A stretch of DNA of 64,000 nucleotides, from the NCBI GenBank assembly GCA_934757155.1, contig CAKVLI010000005.1:22366-86365 (forward strand), read 5' to 3'. Each line of letters opens with the position of its first letter. Positions within the stretch are counted from its first letter, which is position 1. Positions 43,614 through 52,520 of the stretch are shown one piece after another. The position numbers and the translations under genes are program-made. The stretch comes from an uncultured Candidatus Melainabacteria bacterium. GTDB taxonomy: Bacteria > Cyanobacteriota > Vampirovibrionia > Gastranaerophilales > Gastranaerophilaceae. The notes under the pieces were generated by a model. The model was not told the DNA's origin. It ran no database searches and worked only from the letters and a program-made list of their open reading frames with translations.

Positions 43614-44219
43614 ATGGCATTAGTTGATTTAGATAACGAGTTTTTAGAGCTGTTTTTCAATATTACCAATACTAAAATTCCGGAAAATGTTCAGCTCGTG
43701 GATTTAAAAAAACAACTTATAGAAATAGTTGATACACTCAAAGAATTGAATAAAAATGCTAAAAAACCGATTGCGAACAAAATTTTTGGCGTAGAAGAGG
43801 CCGAAGAGGAATCAACAGGACCGGCAATTCTTGTTGTGGATGATTTGGGCGTAATTACATATCAGCTAAAAGTTCTTTTGTCCCAATTTGATTATGATAT
43901 AGACTGTTCTCAAGAAATTTATGATGCGGTTAACAAGTTTAAAAAACGTAGGTACCAATATGTTGTTATGGATTTGTTCATCCCAACAGAGCGTGAAGGT
44001 TTTATTCTTTTGACTGAACTCAAAAAGATGGCTCGTTCTTTCGGTACCAAAACCGTTATCGGTGTAATTACTGCGTCTCCAAGAAAAGAAATTGAACAAC
44101 AATGCAAACTTCGCGGTGCGGATTTCTTCTTAGAAAAAAATAACGACTGGCAAAGTTCGCTCTGTAAGATTATGGACGGATATATCCACGAAAACGGTGA
44201 CGACGGAGAAGACTACTAG
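43614..44219 (+). CDS. Stand-alone response-regulator receiver protein with ~70-aa N-terminal extension
   Basis: ILVVDD...VVMDLFIP...ITA is a REC-domain pattern. No output domain. Confidence 0.7.
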   Translation: MALVDLDNEFLELFFNITNTKIPENVQLVDLKKQLIEIVDTLKELNKNAKKPIANKIFGVEEAEEESTGPAILVVDDLGVITYQLKVLLSQFDYDIDCSQEIYDAVNKFKKRRYQYVVMDLFIPTEREGFILLTELKKMARSFGTKTVIGVITASPRKEIEQQCKLRGADFFLEKNNDWQSSLCKIMDGYIHENGDDGEDY

Positions 44220-44222
44220 AAA

Positions 44223-44876
44223 ATGGAACAGCAGTCGATATTTTCAGTCATTTCCCCAATTATGGTCGGTCCTTCCAGTTCACATACTGCGGGCGCGGTA
44301 AGGCTCGGCTTAATGGCAAGGAATATTTATAAAAATAAATTTTCTAAGGTAAAATTTGTTTTGTATAACTCTTTTGCAACAACAGGCTTTGGACACGGGA
44401 CGGATAAAGGCTTGCTGGCGGGTCTTTTAGGCTATCATGTTGACGATTCTTCTATAAAAAATATTTTCAAAATTGTCAAAGATGTGGACTACTCTTACGA
44501 ATATGTCGAAGATATTTCAAGATTTCCGAATAGTGTTGATATTATTATTGACGATAAAATGACAATATCAGGAAATTCTGTCGGAGCAGGCGAAATCCGA
44601 ATAAATAAAATTGACGATTTTGCGGTAAATATCAACGGCAAATACGACACTCTTCTTTTGATATACAAAGATAAACCCGGGATGATTTCAAGAGTGAGTG
44701 AAATTATTCAAAAACATAAAATCAATATCGCAACTCTTAATTGTGGTCGTAATTCAAAAGGTGGCACTGCTTCAATGTGTATCGAGCTTGATTTGCCGGC
44801 CGGAGAGGATATTGTAGAAAAGTTGAAGGAATACAAAGATATTTTCTTTGTAACAAATATTAGGAAACTAAAATAA
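44223..44876 (+). CDS. sdaAB: L-serine dehydratase, iron-sulfur-dependent, beta subunit
   Basis: GPSSSHTAGAVRLG motif. ACT-like C-terminus. Confidence 0.85.
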   Translation: MEQQSIFSVISPIMVGPSSSHTAGAVRLGLMARNIYKNKFSKVKFVLYNSFATTGFGHGTDKGLLAGLLGYHVDDSSIKNIFKIVKDVDYSYEYVEDISRFPNSVDIIIDDKMTISGNSVGAGEIRINKIDDFAVNINGKYDTLLLIYKDKPGMISRVSEIIQKHKINIATLNCGRNSKGGTASMCIELDLPAGEDIVEKLKEYKDIFFVTNIRKLK

Positions 44877-45754
44877 TGGGAATTGTATCATTTTCAGAAT
44901 TACTCAAGGTTTGTGAAGAGCAAAATAAAACTATTTATGAAGTAGCGCAAGATGAAGAAGCGTTTTTAGCAGAACAAAATGCGGATGTTATCAGGCTTAA
45001 AGTCTTAGAAGATATTATTGCTATGCGAGAAGCCATACAACACGGGCTTAAATCTACCGAAAAATCAATCTCAAACTGGTGCGGGGATGATTGCGTAAAG
45101 CTTGTTAAGAATTACAAAAAACGCGGAGCAATTTTCGGCAAAGTTTTTGAAAAAATTACGACTTATGCGCTTGCAACTGCGGAAGAAAACCTGCGTATGG
45201 GTAGAATTGTCGCTTGTCCTACTGCCGGTTCTTGCGGAATCGTTCCTGCGATTTTGGTCGCGGTATCTGAAGAGTATAAAATCCCTGAATCAAAACAAAT
45301 AGATGCACTTTTGACAGCAGGTATTATCGGGTTAATTGTATCTTATAAAGTTCGTTTGGCAGGCGCTGTTGCGGGTTGTCAGGCGGAGTGCGGAGTTGCA
45401 TCAGCCATGGCAGCAGGAGCTGTGTGTGAAATGCTTGGTGGAAAACAGGAAGAAATAATTCAAGCTGCTGCACTTGCACTCAAAAATATTCTAGGTCTGA
45501 CTTGTGACCCTGTTTGCGGGCTGGTTGAAGTTCCGTGTATCAAGAGAAATGCGTTCCTTGCAGTACACGCGATAACAGCCTCAGAACTCGCGCTCTGCGG
45601 TGTAGAAAGCAAAATTCCTATAGACGAAGTTGTAGATACTCTAAAAATCACAGGACAGCTTATGTCACCGCTATTAAAAGAAACCTCACAAGGTGGGTTA
45701 GCAAAGACTAAAACCGCTATGGAACTGGAAAAGAAACTTTTTAATAAGGACTAA
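44876..45754 (+). CDS. sdaAA: L-serine dehydratase, iron-sulfur-dependent, alpha subunit
   Basis: CPTAGSCGIVPA and GAVAGCQAECG cysteine motifs. Confidence 0.9.
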   Translation: MGIVSFSELLKVCEEQNKTIYEVAQDEEAFLAEQNADVIRLKVLEDIIAMREAIQHGLKSTEKSISNWCGDDCVKLVKNYKKRGAIFGKVFEKITTYALATAEENLRMGRIVACPTAGSCGIVPAILVAVSEEYKIPESKQIDALLTAGIIGLIVSYKVRLAGAVAGCQAECGVASAMAAGAVCEMLGGKQEEIIQAAALALKNILGLTCDPVCGLVEVPCIKRNAFLAVHAITASELALCGVESKIPIDEVVDTLKITGQLMSPLLKETSQGGLAKTKTAMELEKKLFNKD

Positions 45755-46785
45755 AACTGCTCCAAAAATCTCTTATCGTTGTTGAAGAATAACCTGATAT
45801 CGTCAACTGCGTATTTAAGCATTGCAAGTCTTTCGACACCCATACCGAACGCGAAACCTGAATATACATCAGGGTCAATTCCAACACCCTTCAATACGTT
45901 TACGTCGACCATACCGCAGCCGAGAACTTCTAACCAACCCGTTCCGCTACAAGTTCTGCACCCTTTGCCCTGACACATAATGCACTGTACATCAACCTCA
46001 GCAGAAGGCTCTGTGAATGGGAAAAAGCTGCTTCTGAATCTGGTTGGGCGTGATGCGCCAAAATATAATCTGATAAACTCGTTCAAAACACCCTTCAAGT
46101 CGCCAAAAGTTATGTCCTTGTCGACATACAAACCTTCAATCTGGTGGAAGAAATTGTTTTTACGAGCATTGATATTTTCGTTTCTGTAAACTCTGCCCGG
46201 AGCGATAACCTTGATAGGTGGCTTTTTGTTTTCCATTACGTGGATTTGTGCGCCGGAAGTTTGGCTTCTTAAAACAACATTCTTAGCAATATTTGCGTAG
46301 AAAGTATCTTGCATATCTCTTGCCGGATGGTCTTTCGGAACATTCAGCATATCAAAGTTGTAATACTCTGTTTCAACTTCAGGAGATAGCTCAGGTGACA
46401 CAACTGAAAAACCTAAGTTTTGGAAGATTGAAACAATTTCGTCAGTAGTTTGTGTGAGCGGATGAACCCTTCCTGAAGGGGTATACTTTCCGCTCAAAGT
46501 GATATCAATTCTATCTTTTTGTAATTTTTCGTTAAGTTCTTTTTGGTAGAACAAATCATGTTTTTCCCTCAAAAGAGATTCCAAATCTTGCGTAATTTGA
46601 TTAGCAAGCGCACCCACAGTTCTTTTATCTTCATCAGATAAATCCTTTAACCCTTTTTTGATAGAGTTTAATTCACCTTTTCTGCTAAGGTATTTTAATC
46701 TGATATCGTCAATTTCGTTGATAGATTGTGCTTTTTCGATATCGGCTTTAGCTGATGCGTAAATGTTTTCAAGTTGTGTTTTCAT
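45751..46785 (-). CDS. pheS: Phenylalanine--tRNA ligase alpha subunit
   Basis: FRSSFFPFTEPS and GFAFGMGVERLAML class II motifs. AGGGAGA SD before the ATG at 46785. The 14-aa ORF-track extension is rejected. Confidence 0.95.
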   Translation of the reverse strand: MKTQLENIYASAKADIEKAQSINEIDDIRLKYLSRKGELNSIKKGLKDLSDEDKRTVGALANQITQDLESLLREKHDLFYQKELNEKLQKDRIDITLSGKYTPSGRVHPLTQTTDEIVSIFQNLGFSVVSPELSPEVETEYYNFDMLNVPKDHPARDMQDTFYANIAKNVVLRSQTSGAQIHVMENKKPPIKVIAPGRVYRNENINARKNNFFHQIEGLYVDKDITFGDLKGVLNEFIRLYFGASRPTRFRSSFFPFTEPSAEVDVQCIMCQGKGCRTCSGTGWLEVLGCGMVDVNVLKGVGIDPDVYSGFAFGMGVERLAMLKYAVDDIRLFFNNDKRFLEQF

Positions 46786-46835
46786 CGTAAATCTCCCTTG
46801 AGTAAATATTACCGCGAATAAAAACAAAAATCAAA

Positions 46836-46988
46836 GGGGGGGTAAAGGGGTAAATGTATTGGGTGGGTAGGTAGGGACTACAAGAACAATGTCCTTCGGA
46901 AAATGGGGGTAAATATATTGAGCTGGTAAGTGTGATTATAGGCTTAGCGTTTTACAAGGTGGGGAAAATGTATTTGGCTGGTTGGTGG
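46836..46988 (+). repeat. GGGGTAAATRTAT-family tandem repeats (three units, ~56-69-bp spacing)
   Basis: GGGGGGTAAAGGGGTAAATGTATTGGGTGGGTAGGT, GGGGGTAAATATATTGAGCTGGTAAGT and GGGGAAAATGTATTTGGCTGGTTGGTGG. Confidence 0.8.
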
Positions 46989-47010
46989 AAGCTACAGGTA
47001 TTGTGTATAA

Positions 47011-47042
47011 CCCTCTCCGAGGGAGAGGGTTAGGGTGAGGGG
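47011..47042. repeat. CCCTCTCC-GAG-GGAGAGGG hairpin followed by TTAGGGTGAGGGG
   Basis: 8-bp perfect stem. Single copy in the window. Confidence 0.6.
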
Positions 47043-47056
47043 TTTGCTTAAAGTGT

Positions 47057-47080
47057 GTAGGGTGCGCATACTTGCGCACC
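47057..47080. repeat. GTAG + 8-bp stem + TACT-loop hairpin, copy 2
   Basis: GTAG GGTGCGCA TACT TGCGCACC. Confidence 0.75.
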
Positions 47081-47124
47081 GAATGCTAATCTTGAAGAAG
47101 TGAAGAAATGAATTCAATTATTTA

Positions 47125-47133
47125 TGTTATACT
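47125..47133 (+). promoter_or_regulatory. Extended -10 promoter element placed for a leaderless mRNA
   Basis: TGTTATACT. The ATG at 47140 lies 6 nt after the -10 and has no SD. Confidence 0.4.
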
Positions 47134-47139
47134 AAACCT

Positions 47140-48384
47140 ATGAATAAGAAAATTTTGATAATTGGAAATTCCGCAAAGGAATATGCGCTTGCAAAGAAGC
47201 TTTCAGAGAATAACGAAATATTTGTTGCTCCTGGAAGTGGCACCATAAAAGAGTTTGCCACTTGTGTTGATATAAGAGAAGATTCTGCGCGTGAGCTTTT
47301 AGAATATGTTATGGAAAACGGTATTGATATGACAATTCCATGCTCAAATCTTGCGATAGCATCTGATGTGGTTCAACTTTTTACTCAGAATAATCAACAA
47401 ATCTTCGGACCGACAGCCTCTGCTGCACGTCTTATTTTAGACAAAGCTTCTATGAAAAAAGTTTTGTATAAGCTGAGAATTCCAACTCCGAAATTTGCTA
47501 TTTTTGAAAAACCTAATATGGTTCTGGATTATATAAAAAATCTTAAAAATCCGTTTGTGTTAAAAACTAATGAACCTTCAAGCGCAGTTGTATTAACTTC
47601 AACAGCAGCTGCCAAAACTATTGTAGAATCATCTTTTGCACAAAAATCCCAGAGAATGATAATTGAAGACTATGTTTGGGGTACTCCGTTTGCGTTTTAT
47701 ATAATTACTGACGGCTACAAGGCTTTGCCGTTCGGGTCTTCAATAATGTATAAACATTCTCTTGAAGGTGATGGCGGACAATTGACAAATGGAATGGGTG
47801 CGTGTGCGCCTAATTACAAGCTTTCAGTTGAAAACGAATATTTTTTAATGGATAACGTTATTTATCCTATATTAGAGTTTATGGAAGCTGAAGGAAACCC
47901 TTATGTTGGAATTCTTGGAGTAAACGGAATTTTGACGGAAGGCGGGAAATTACAAATTCTCGGATTCCAGTCATTTATGCAAGATTGTGATTGTCAGGCT
48001 GTTTTAAATGTATCAGATGCAAAATTGTATTCGCTCTTTGAATCTTGTGTAATCGGTTCATTTAGTGATGAAGTTGAATATATCCCGCAAAAAGACCTCT
48101 TTGCAACCTCTATTGTGCTAACTTGCAAAAATCGTAAAAATGTCGAAAATGCAATTGCCGGTCTTGAAGAGTGCGATGATTATGATTACGCGTTTTACCC
48201 TGCAGTTTATAAAAACCGATATCTTGAATATGAAGTTCAAAACGGTGCCGTAATGCTATTAACAGCAACAGGTTCAACAGTTTCTTCCGCTACTTCAAGA
48301 GCTTATGAAGAGGTTAAGAATATTACTTTTGATGGCATTTTTTACAGAAAAGATATCTGTAAGCCCCTATTATCACAGTTATAA
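47140..48384 (+). CDS. PurD-like ATP-grasp protein (phosphoribosylamine--glycine ligase homologue) with divergent catalytic motifs
   Basis: Collinear with PurD (APGSG, FGPT..AA.L..KA, TNGMGACAP, FYRKDI). However, GNGGREHA is GNSAKEYA, ADGLAAGKGV is TNEPSSAVVL, and RFGDPE is SFMQDCD. Confidence 0.6.
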   Translation: MNKKILIIGNSAKEYALAKKLSENNEIFVAPGSGTIKEFATCVDIREDSARELLEYVMENGIDMTIPCSNLAIASDVVQLFTQNNQQIFGPTASAARLILDKASMKKVLYKLRIPTPKFAIFEKPNMVLDYIKNLKNPFVLKTNEPSSAVVLTSTAAAKTIVESSFAQKSQRMIIEDYVWGTPFAFYIITDGYKALPFGSSIMYKHSLEGDGGQLTNGMGACAPNYKLSVENEYFLMDNVIYPILEFMEAEGNPYVGILGVNGILTEGGKLQILGFQSFMQDCDCQAVLNVSDAKLYSLFESCVIGSFSDEVEYIPQKDLFATSIVLTCKNRKNVENAIAGLEECDDYDYAFYPAVYKNRYLEYEVQNGAVMLLTATGSTVSSATSRAYEEVKNITFDGIFYRKDICKPLLSQL

Positions 48385-48503
48385 AAGAGACTGTTAACAA
48401 ATCTTAATAATTTTGAACAAAAAAGGCAATTATTTATCTCAGCAATACTTTATATATATATGAGAAATAAAAACAGAATATAAAGTATAAAAAGGAGTAA
48501 ATC

Positions 48504-48692
48504 ATGGCAAGAGTATTGATTTCAATGCCTGAAAGTTTTTTGGGCAAAATTGACCAAGTAGCTGACTTGGAAAGCAGATCACGTTCTGAGTTAATCAGAG
48601 AAGCTTTGCGCAGCTATATTACAAGAAGTCAGGTAAGACAAAGCGGGCTTGCAGATAAAAATGCAAGAATCCTAGAGGCGCTACTGGATTAG
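48504..48692 (+). CDS. Ribbon-helix-helix (CopG/MetJ-type) DNA-binding protein, 62 aa
   Basis: MARVLISMPESFLGKID...RSRSELIREALRSYI is a typical RHH N-terminus. AAGGAG SD. Confidence 0.7.
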   Translation: MARVLISMPESFLGKIDQVADLESRSRSELIREALRSYITRSQVRQSGLADKNARILEALLD

Positions 48693-48821
48693 GCGGGGGA
48701 AAATTGGTTAAAGGACAGGGATATGGGTGCAAGAGATTGCACTTGAGAGTTAGAAAGAAACACGAGAACGCTCTAAATGGGCGGAGAGAAAAAGGAAAGA
48801 CAAAATAGACAAACAACCATT

Positions 48822-48853
48822 GGAATTCTGTATTAAAAGAATTCCTTTTTTTT
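48822..48853 (+). terminator. Rho-independent terminator
   Basis: GGAATTC, 10-nt loop, GAATTCC, then T8. Confidence 0.75.
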
Positions 48854-48857
48854 GTTT

Positions 48858-48886
48858 GTTGACATAGGTACCTGAGTCAGGTAAGT
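48858..48886 (+). promoter_or_regulatory. Sigma-70-type promoter for the MFS gene
   Basis: TTGACA, 17 nt, TAAGTT. Confidence 0.6.
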
Positions 48887-48905
48887 TAGAGTGTGGGAAG
48901 CGAGT

Positions 48906-50144
48906 ATGAAAAATAAGGCATTTGTATTTCAAATTAGTTTAATTTTATTGGGTGCGCTTTTTTATTTTATAGCGAATTTCCAGAGGATTGCTATTCCCGG
49001 GGCTGTATTTGATATTCTGCAGCAGGAATTGTCTGTTACTGCACCTTATATTACAGCATTTGGTGCAATATTTATGTATATCTATGCATTCAACCAATTG
49101 ATAATCGGGGTTTTGGTTGACCGTTATGGCGGTACAAGGGTTATGCTGGCAGGCGCTGTAGTTTTAGCATTGGGTTGTATACTCTTTCCTCTCACGTATT
49201 CACTTCCTGTAATGTACTTTTCACGTGCGCTTATCGGTTTTGGCGGAAGCACTTTTTATCTTAGTTTGATTAAAGAGTTGAAGTCTTGTTTTTCGGACAA
49301 AGATTTTGGACTGGCAATTTCGGTAATGCTATGTATCGGTTATATGGGCGGAATAGCGGCGAATGCTCCGTTTGTAATGCTCATGAAAATTGCAAACTGG
49401 AGAGAAATTTTACTTGCGATTGCGGGAGTTGTAATTGTTGCAATTCTTGTTTATGCGTGTTTGTTACGCAAGGTCGAGTTGCCGAGAATAAATCATACCG
49501 TGAAAATCAGAACTCTGCCGTTTAGATTGGTGCTGCACAAACGTCATAACCGCAACCTTTTTAGCTTTGCATGTTGTAACTTCGGGATATCTTATGTTAT
49601 TCAAACAATAATAGGTAAAAAGTTTCTGGAGGACTTTTTAACACTTTCTGCGCCCAGAGCGGCGGTAATACTTTCAATTATGGCGATAGTTGCGGCTGCG
49701 TTCAATATTGTGAACGCGTCAGTCTGCAAGATGTGCCATAATCATAGAGTGCAATTCTTGAAAGGCGCGTCAGTAGTTACTTTCTGTTGCCTGCTGGCAA
49801 TATGTTTGATGATTTTTTTCGATATCAAATCAATGTTTATTGCTTTTGTATTTTGTGTGCTTGCCGGAAACGCAAGTCTTACATCTCTTCTTGTGCCTGT
49901 ACTTCATTTGACAAATAGAAAAATGGTTTCCGGAACTGCGGTCAGTATTATGAATTTTTGCTTCTTTATGATGGTTGGAATCCTCGGTACAGCAACAGGA
50001 TTCATTCTGCACGTATTTGAACCGAAAAAAGTGGGTGACGTACTCGTTTACGGAAATAATTCGTACTTGTTATTATTCGGTGCATTCCTTGCTTTGAGTA
50101 TGTTTGAAATGTACAAGGCAATGAAACTTTCTAACAAATACTAG
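48906..50144 (+). CDS. MFS transporter
   Basis: 12-TM-like profile. VDRYGGTR loop motif (MFS D-R-x-G-R-like). ATG at 48906 preferred over GTG at 48891. Confidence 0.8.
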   Translation: MKNKAFVFQISLILLGALFYFIANFQRIAIPGAVFDILQQELSVTAPYITAFGAIFMYIYAFNQLIIGVLVDRYGGTRVMLAGAVVLALGCILFPLTYSLPVMYFSRALIGFGGSTFYLSLIKELKSCFSDKDFGLAISVMLCIGYMGGIAANAPFVMLMKIANWREILLAIAGVVIVAILVYACLLRKVELPRINHTVKIRTLPFRLVLHKRHNRNLFSFACCNFGISYVIQTIIGKKFLEDFLTLSAPRAAVILSIMAIVAAAFNIVNASVCKMCHNHRVQFLKGASVVTFCCLLAICLMIFFDIKSMFIAFVFCVLAGNASLTSLLVPVLHLTNRKMVSGTAVSIMNFCFFMMVGILGTATGFILHVFEPKKVGDVLVYGNNSYLLLFGAFLALSMFEMYKAMKLSNKY

Positions 50145-50682
50145 CTAAAATTTTTTCTACATCATCTTTTAGTTTGTCGGTTGTTGAATTATTGAATATA
50201 ACAAAATCAGATTTCTTGATTTTTTCATCTTCGTCAAGTTGTGCGTTAATTCGCAATTTAGCCTCTTCCTCAGATAAATTGTTTCTTTTCATCAACCTTT
50301 CCAATCGAATTTCTTTTGGAGCTGAAATAAAAATGATTTTATCAAACAAAGTTTCCATATTTGCCTCAAAAAGCAGAGGAACAGAGATGAAGACCGGAGT
50401 TTCGGTCAGTTGTCTTATAAAATTAATAACTTGCGGATGAATAATATTTTCCAAAATCTTTTTTTTCTCAATATCGTTGAACACGATACTTGCAAGAATT
50501 TTTCGGTCAATTTTTCCGTTTATGACAGCTTGTGGAAATATTTTTTTTGCTTCGTCGGATTTCTCTAAGATTTCGTGCGCAATTTTATCCGTATCATAAA
50601 CGGTAAAACCTTTATCCATTAGGATTTTTTCTACGCAAGATTTTCCGGAAGCGATATTTCCGACAATCGCAATCTTAGTCAT
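50131..50682 (-). CDS. coaE: Dephospho-CoA kinase
   Basis: P-loop GNIASGKS. Length and pattern typical of CoaE. Confidence 0.9.
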   Translation of the reverse strand: MTKIAIVGNIASGKSCVEKILMDKGFTVYDTDKIAHEILEKSDEAKKIFPQAVINGKIDRKILASIVFNDIEKKKILENIIHPQVINFIRQLTETPVFISVPLLFEANMETLFDKIIFISAPKEIRLERLMKRNNLSEEEAKLRINAQLDEDEKIKKSDFVIFNNSTTDKLKDDVEKILASIC

Positions 50683-51424
50683 TTTTTGCGAGCCTCTGAA
50701 TTTTGCTTAAATAAGCTCTAAGCTCTTTCAATTGTTTAGGTTTGATGATTTTTATCTGACCTTTTTTCATACCTTCGAGCGTGATTGTTCCGTGTTGAAC
50801 TCTTTTTAAGGATGTGACTTCAAATCCCAATTTTGCAAACATTTTTCTGATTTGTCGGTTGATTCCCTGATACAAAGTTACTTGAACAGTGGAAGCTTTG
50901 TTTGCGAGTTCAATCGGCAAGACTTCCGCATAAGCTGTTCTTTTTTCTCCGGTATCGGTTTCAATCTCGAGCCCGTTGTACATTTTTTCGCCATCCTCCG
51001 GAGTCAGTTTTCCGTTCACTGTAACCAAATATATTTTCGGAACTTTAACGGACGGATGAGTCATTTCATTAATCAATTCGCCGTCATTTGTCATAATAAT
51101 GAGTCCGGTAGATTCTCTATCCAATCTCCCGACGGGTTTCAGATGTTTTAATTCAGGTGGAATAACGTCATAAATAGTTTTCCTGCCTTTTTCATCATCA
51201 GCTGTTGTAACATAACCAGCAGGTTTATAGAACCTGTAGTAATCAAGTTTTGCCGGTTTAATTGCCTTGCCGTCAATCGTAACTTTGTCTTTCGGTCCGA
51301 CCTGAAAGCCGAGTTCTTCGACAACTTTTCCGTTTACCAAAACTTTTTTTGCCAAAATTAGTTCGTCCGCTCCTCTTCTGGAGCAGAGACCTGATGATGC
51401 AATAAATTTATTTAGTCTTTGCAT
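50675..51424 (-). CDS. rluB: Pseudouridine synthase, RsuA/RluB family
   Basis: S4 domain. GRLDRESTGLIIMTNDG catalytic motif. Confidence 0.9.
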   Translation of the reverse strand: MQRLNKFIASSGLCSRRGADELILAKKVLVNGKVVEELGFQVGPKDKVTIDGKAIKPAKLDYYRFYKPAGYVTTADDEKGRKTIYDVIPPELKHLKPVGRLDRESTGLIIMTNDGELINEMTHPSVKVPKIYLVTVNGKLTPEDGEKMYNGLEIETDTGEKRTAYAEVLPIELANKASTVQVTLYQGINRQIRKMFAKLGFEVTSLKRVQHGTITLEGMKKGQIKIIKPKQLKELRAYLSKIQRLAKND

Positions 51425-51828
51425 TCCAAAGCACCTTCAAACGCTTTTTTCAAGATTTCCGGCATTCTTCTGTAGAGTTTTCCGTCGTTATTTACCGCAA
51501 CTGTTTCAAATTCCGCAATAATGTGTGCTAGACCTGTTTCGGCATTCTTAATCCTTTGACCGAATGTTACAGTAATTGGAGAAATCTTTTCAATCCAAGT
51601 TTCAACAATTACGTCATCGTTCAGTCTTGCAGAAGATTTGTAGCGTACATTCATATTTGTAACAGGAATTGCGACATCTTGCTCTTTCAGAACAACTAAA
51701 TCAAGTCCGAGTTGGTTACATAAATCAACTCTGCCTTTTTCCATCCATCTTAAATAAGAACCGTGCCATACAACACCGTATGCATCAGTGTCTGCGTAAT
51801 ATACTTTTTGTAAAAATTCATGTTTCAT
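51412..51828 (-). CDS. Acyl-CoA thioesterase, 4HBT/YbgC family
   Basis: YYADTDAYGVVWHGSYLRWME hot-dog-fold motif. Confidence 0.85.
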   Translation of the reverse strand: MKHEFLQKVYYADTDAYGVVWHGSYLRWMEKGRVDLCNQLGLDLVVLKEQDVAIPVTNMNVRYKSSARLNDDVIVETWIEKISPITVTFGQRIKNAETGLAHIIAEFETVAVNNDGKLYRRMPEILKKAFEGALECKD

Positions 51829-51874
51829 AGCTTTTATTCTAGCATGATATAATAAATTTTGTAAGGAGAGATGT

Positions 51875-52261
51875 ATGAAATTTTTACATACTATGATTAG
51901 AGTAAAAGATATTGAAAAGTCTTTGAAATTTTACACAGAAGTTCTTGATATGGAACTTGATCACAAAAAGAGATTGGATGATTGTGAACTCTTTTTCTTG
52001 CGTGATAAAGAAAACACTTGTCAAATTGAATTGACCTATAATGACGAAACTCCAGCAAACGGATATGAATTGGGAACAGGATTCGGGCATTTTGGATTCG
52101 CTGTAGAAAATCTTGATGAAATGACTGCTAAAATTAAAAAACTTGGTTACGAATACCTTTATCCGCCGTTTGATTTGAACGGAAAGGGTTCAAAAATAGC
52201 CTTCCTCAAAGACCCTGACGGTTATGAGATTGAGCTTATTGAAAAGGTCGTTTGGAATTGA
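51875..52261 (+). CDS. gloA: Lactoylglutathione lyase (glyoxalase I)
   Basis: HTMIRVKD, GHFGF and DPDGYEIELIE VOC-family motifs. Confidence 0.85.
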   Translation: MKFLHTMIRVKDIEKSLKFYTEVLDMELDHKKRLDDCELFFLRDKENTCQIELTYNDETPANGYELGTGFGHFGFAVENLDEMTAKIKKLGYEYLYPPFDLNGKGSKIAFLKDPDGYEIELIEKVVWN

Positions 52262-52275
52262 GGATACAGAAAAAG

Positions 52276-52306
52276 TCGAAAAATGACAATTTTTCGAACC
52301 TTTTTC
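52276..52306 (+). terminator. Probable terminator after gloA
   Basis: 9-bp stem TCGAAAAAT / ATTTTTCGA, then ACCTTTTTC. Confidence 0.5.
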
Positions 52307-52330
52307 AAATCCGACCTAAGGTGTGTGAAA

Positions 52331-52415
52331 TCAAGGTCGTGTGCGGGATAGCACACAACCTTGATTGAAACCGTTCCCAAGAGTTTGCGAAAAATTTTTA
52401 ATTTTTCGCAAACTC
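52331..52415. repeat. Two long hairpins (14-bp stems) in the gloA-downstream spacer
   Basis: TCAAGGTCGTGTGC / GCACACAACCTTGA with one mismatch (52331-52364). GAGTTTGCGAAAAA / TTTTTCGCAAACTC, perfect (52381-52415). Confidence 0.7.
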
Positions 52416-52520
52416 CATTAATTCAATTGTTAACTTTTGTTAATGTTTTAAGCAATTTTTCCGAATAAAAAAACTTTATATAGATGTAAGGTATACAAGA
52501 ATCCATAGGGGGAATTGGTT

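Noticed and set aside
46738-46745. GCCGATAT on the minus strand, a sigma-28 -10 match.
   Set aside because: It lies inside the pheS coding sequence (codons AKADIEK) and has no TAAA at the -35 position.
46786-46827. N-terminal extensions in the ORF track for pheS (14 aa), rpsP (24531-24632) and the 10275 start of the small acidic ORF.
   Set aside because: Internal ATGs with proper SDs give N-termini that match the conserved protein starts (MKTQLENI for PheS, MLKIRLKR for S16). The extensions have no SD.
46836-46988. Possible CRISPR array, because GGGGTAAAT-type repeats recur at ~56-69-bp spacing here and at 9563-9692.
   Set aside because: The repeats are degenerate (no two are identical over more than ~15 nt) and the spacing is irregular. 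Unit boundaries blur into the spacers, the copies are scattered at five loci in both orientations, and no cas genes are present.
48504-48853. A type II toxin-antitoxin locus built around the RHH protein.
   Set aside because: No toxin-sized ORF exists on either side. The downstream 129 nt contain only a 7-codon ORF.
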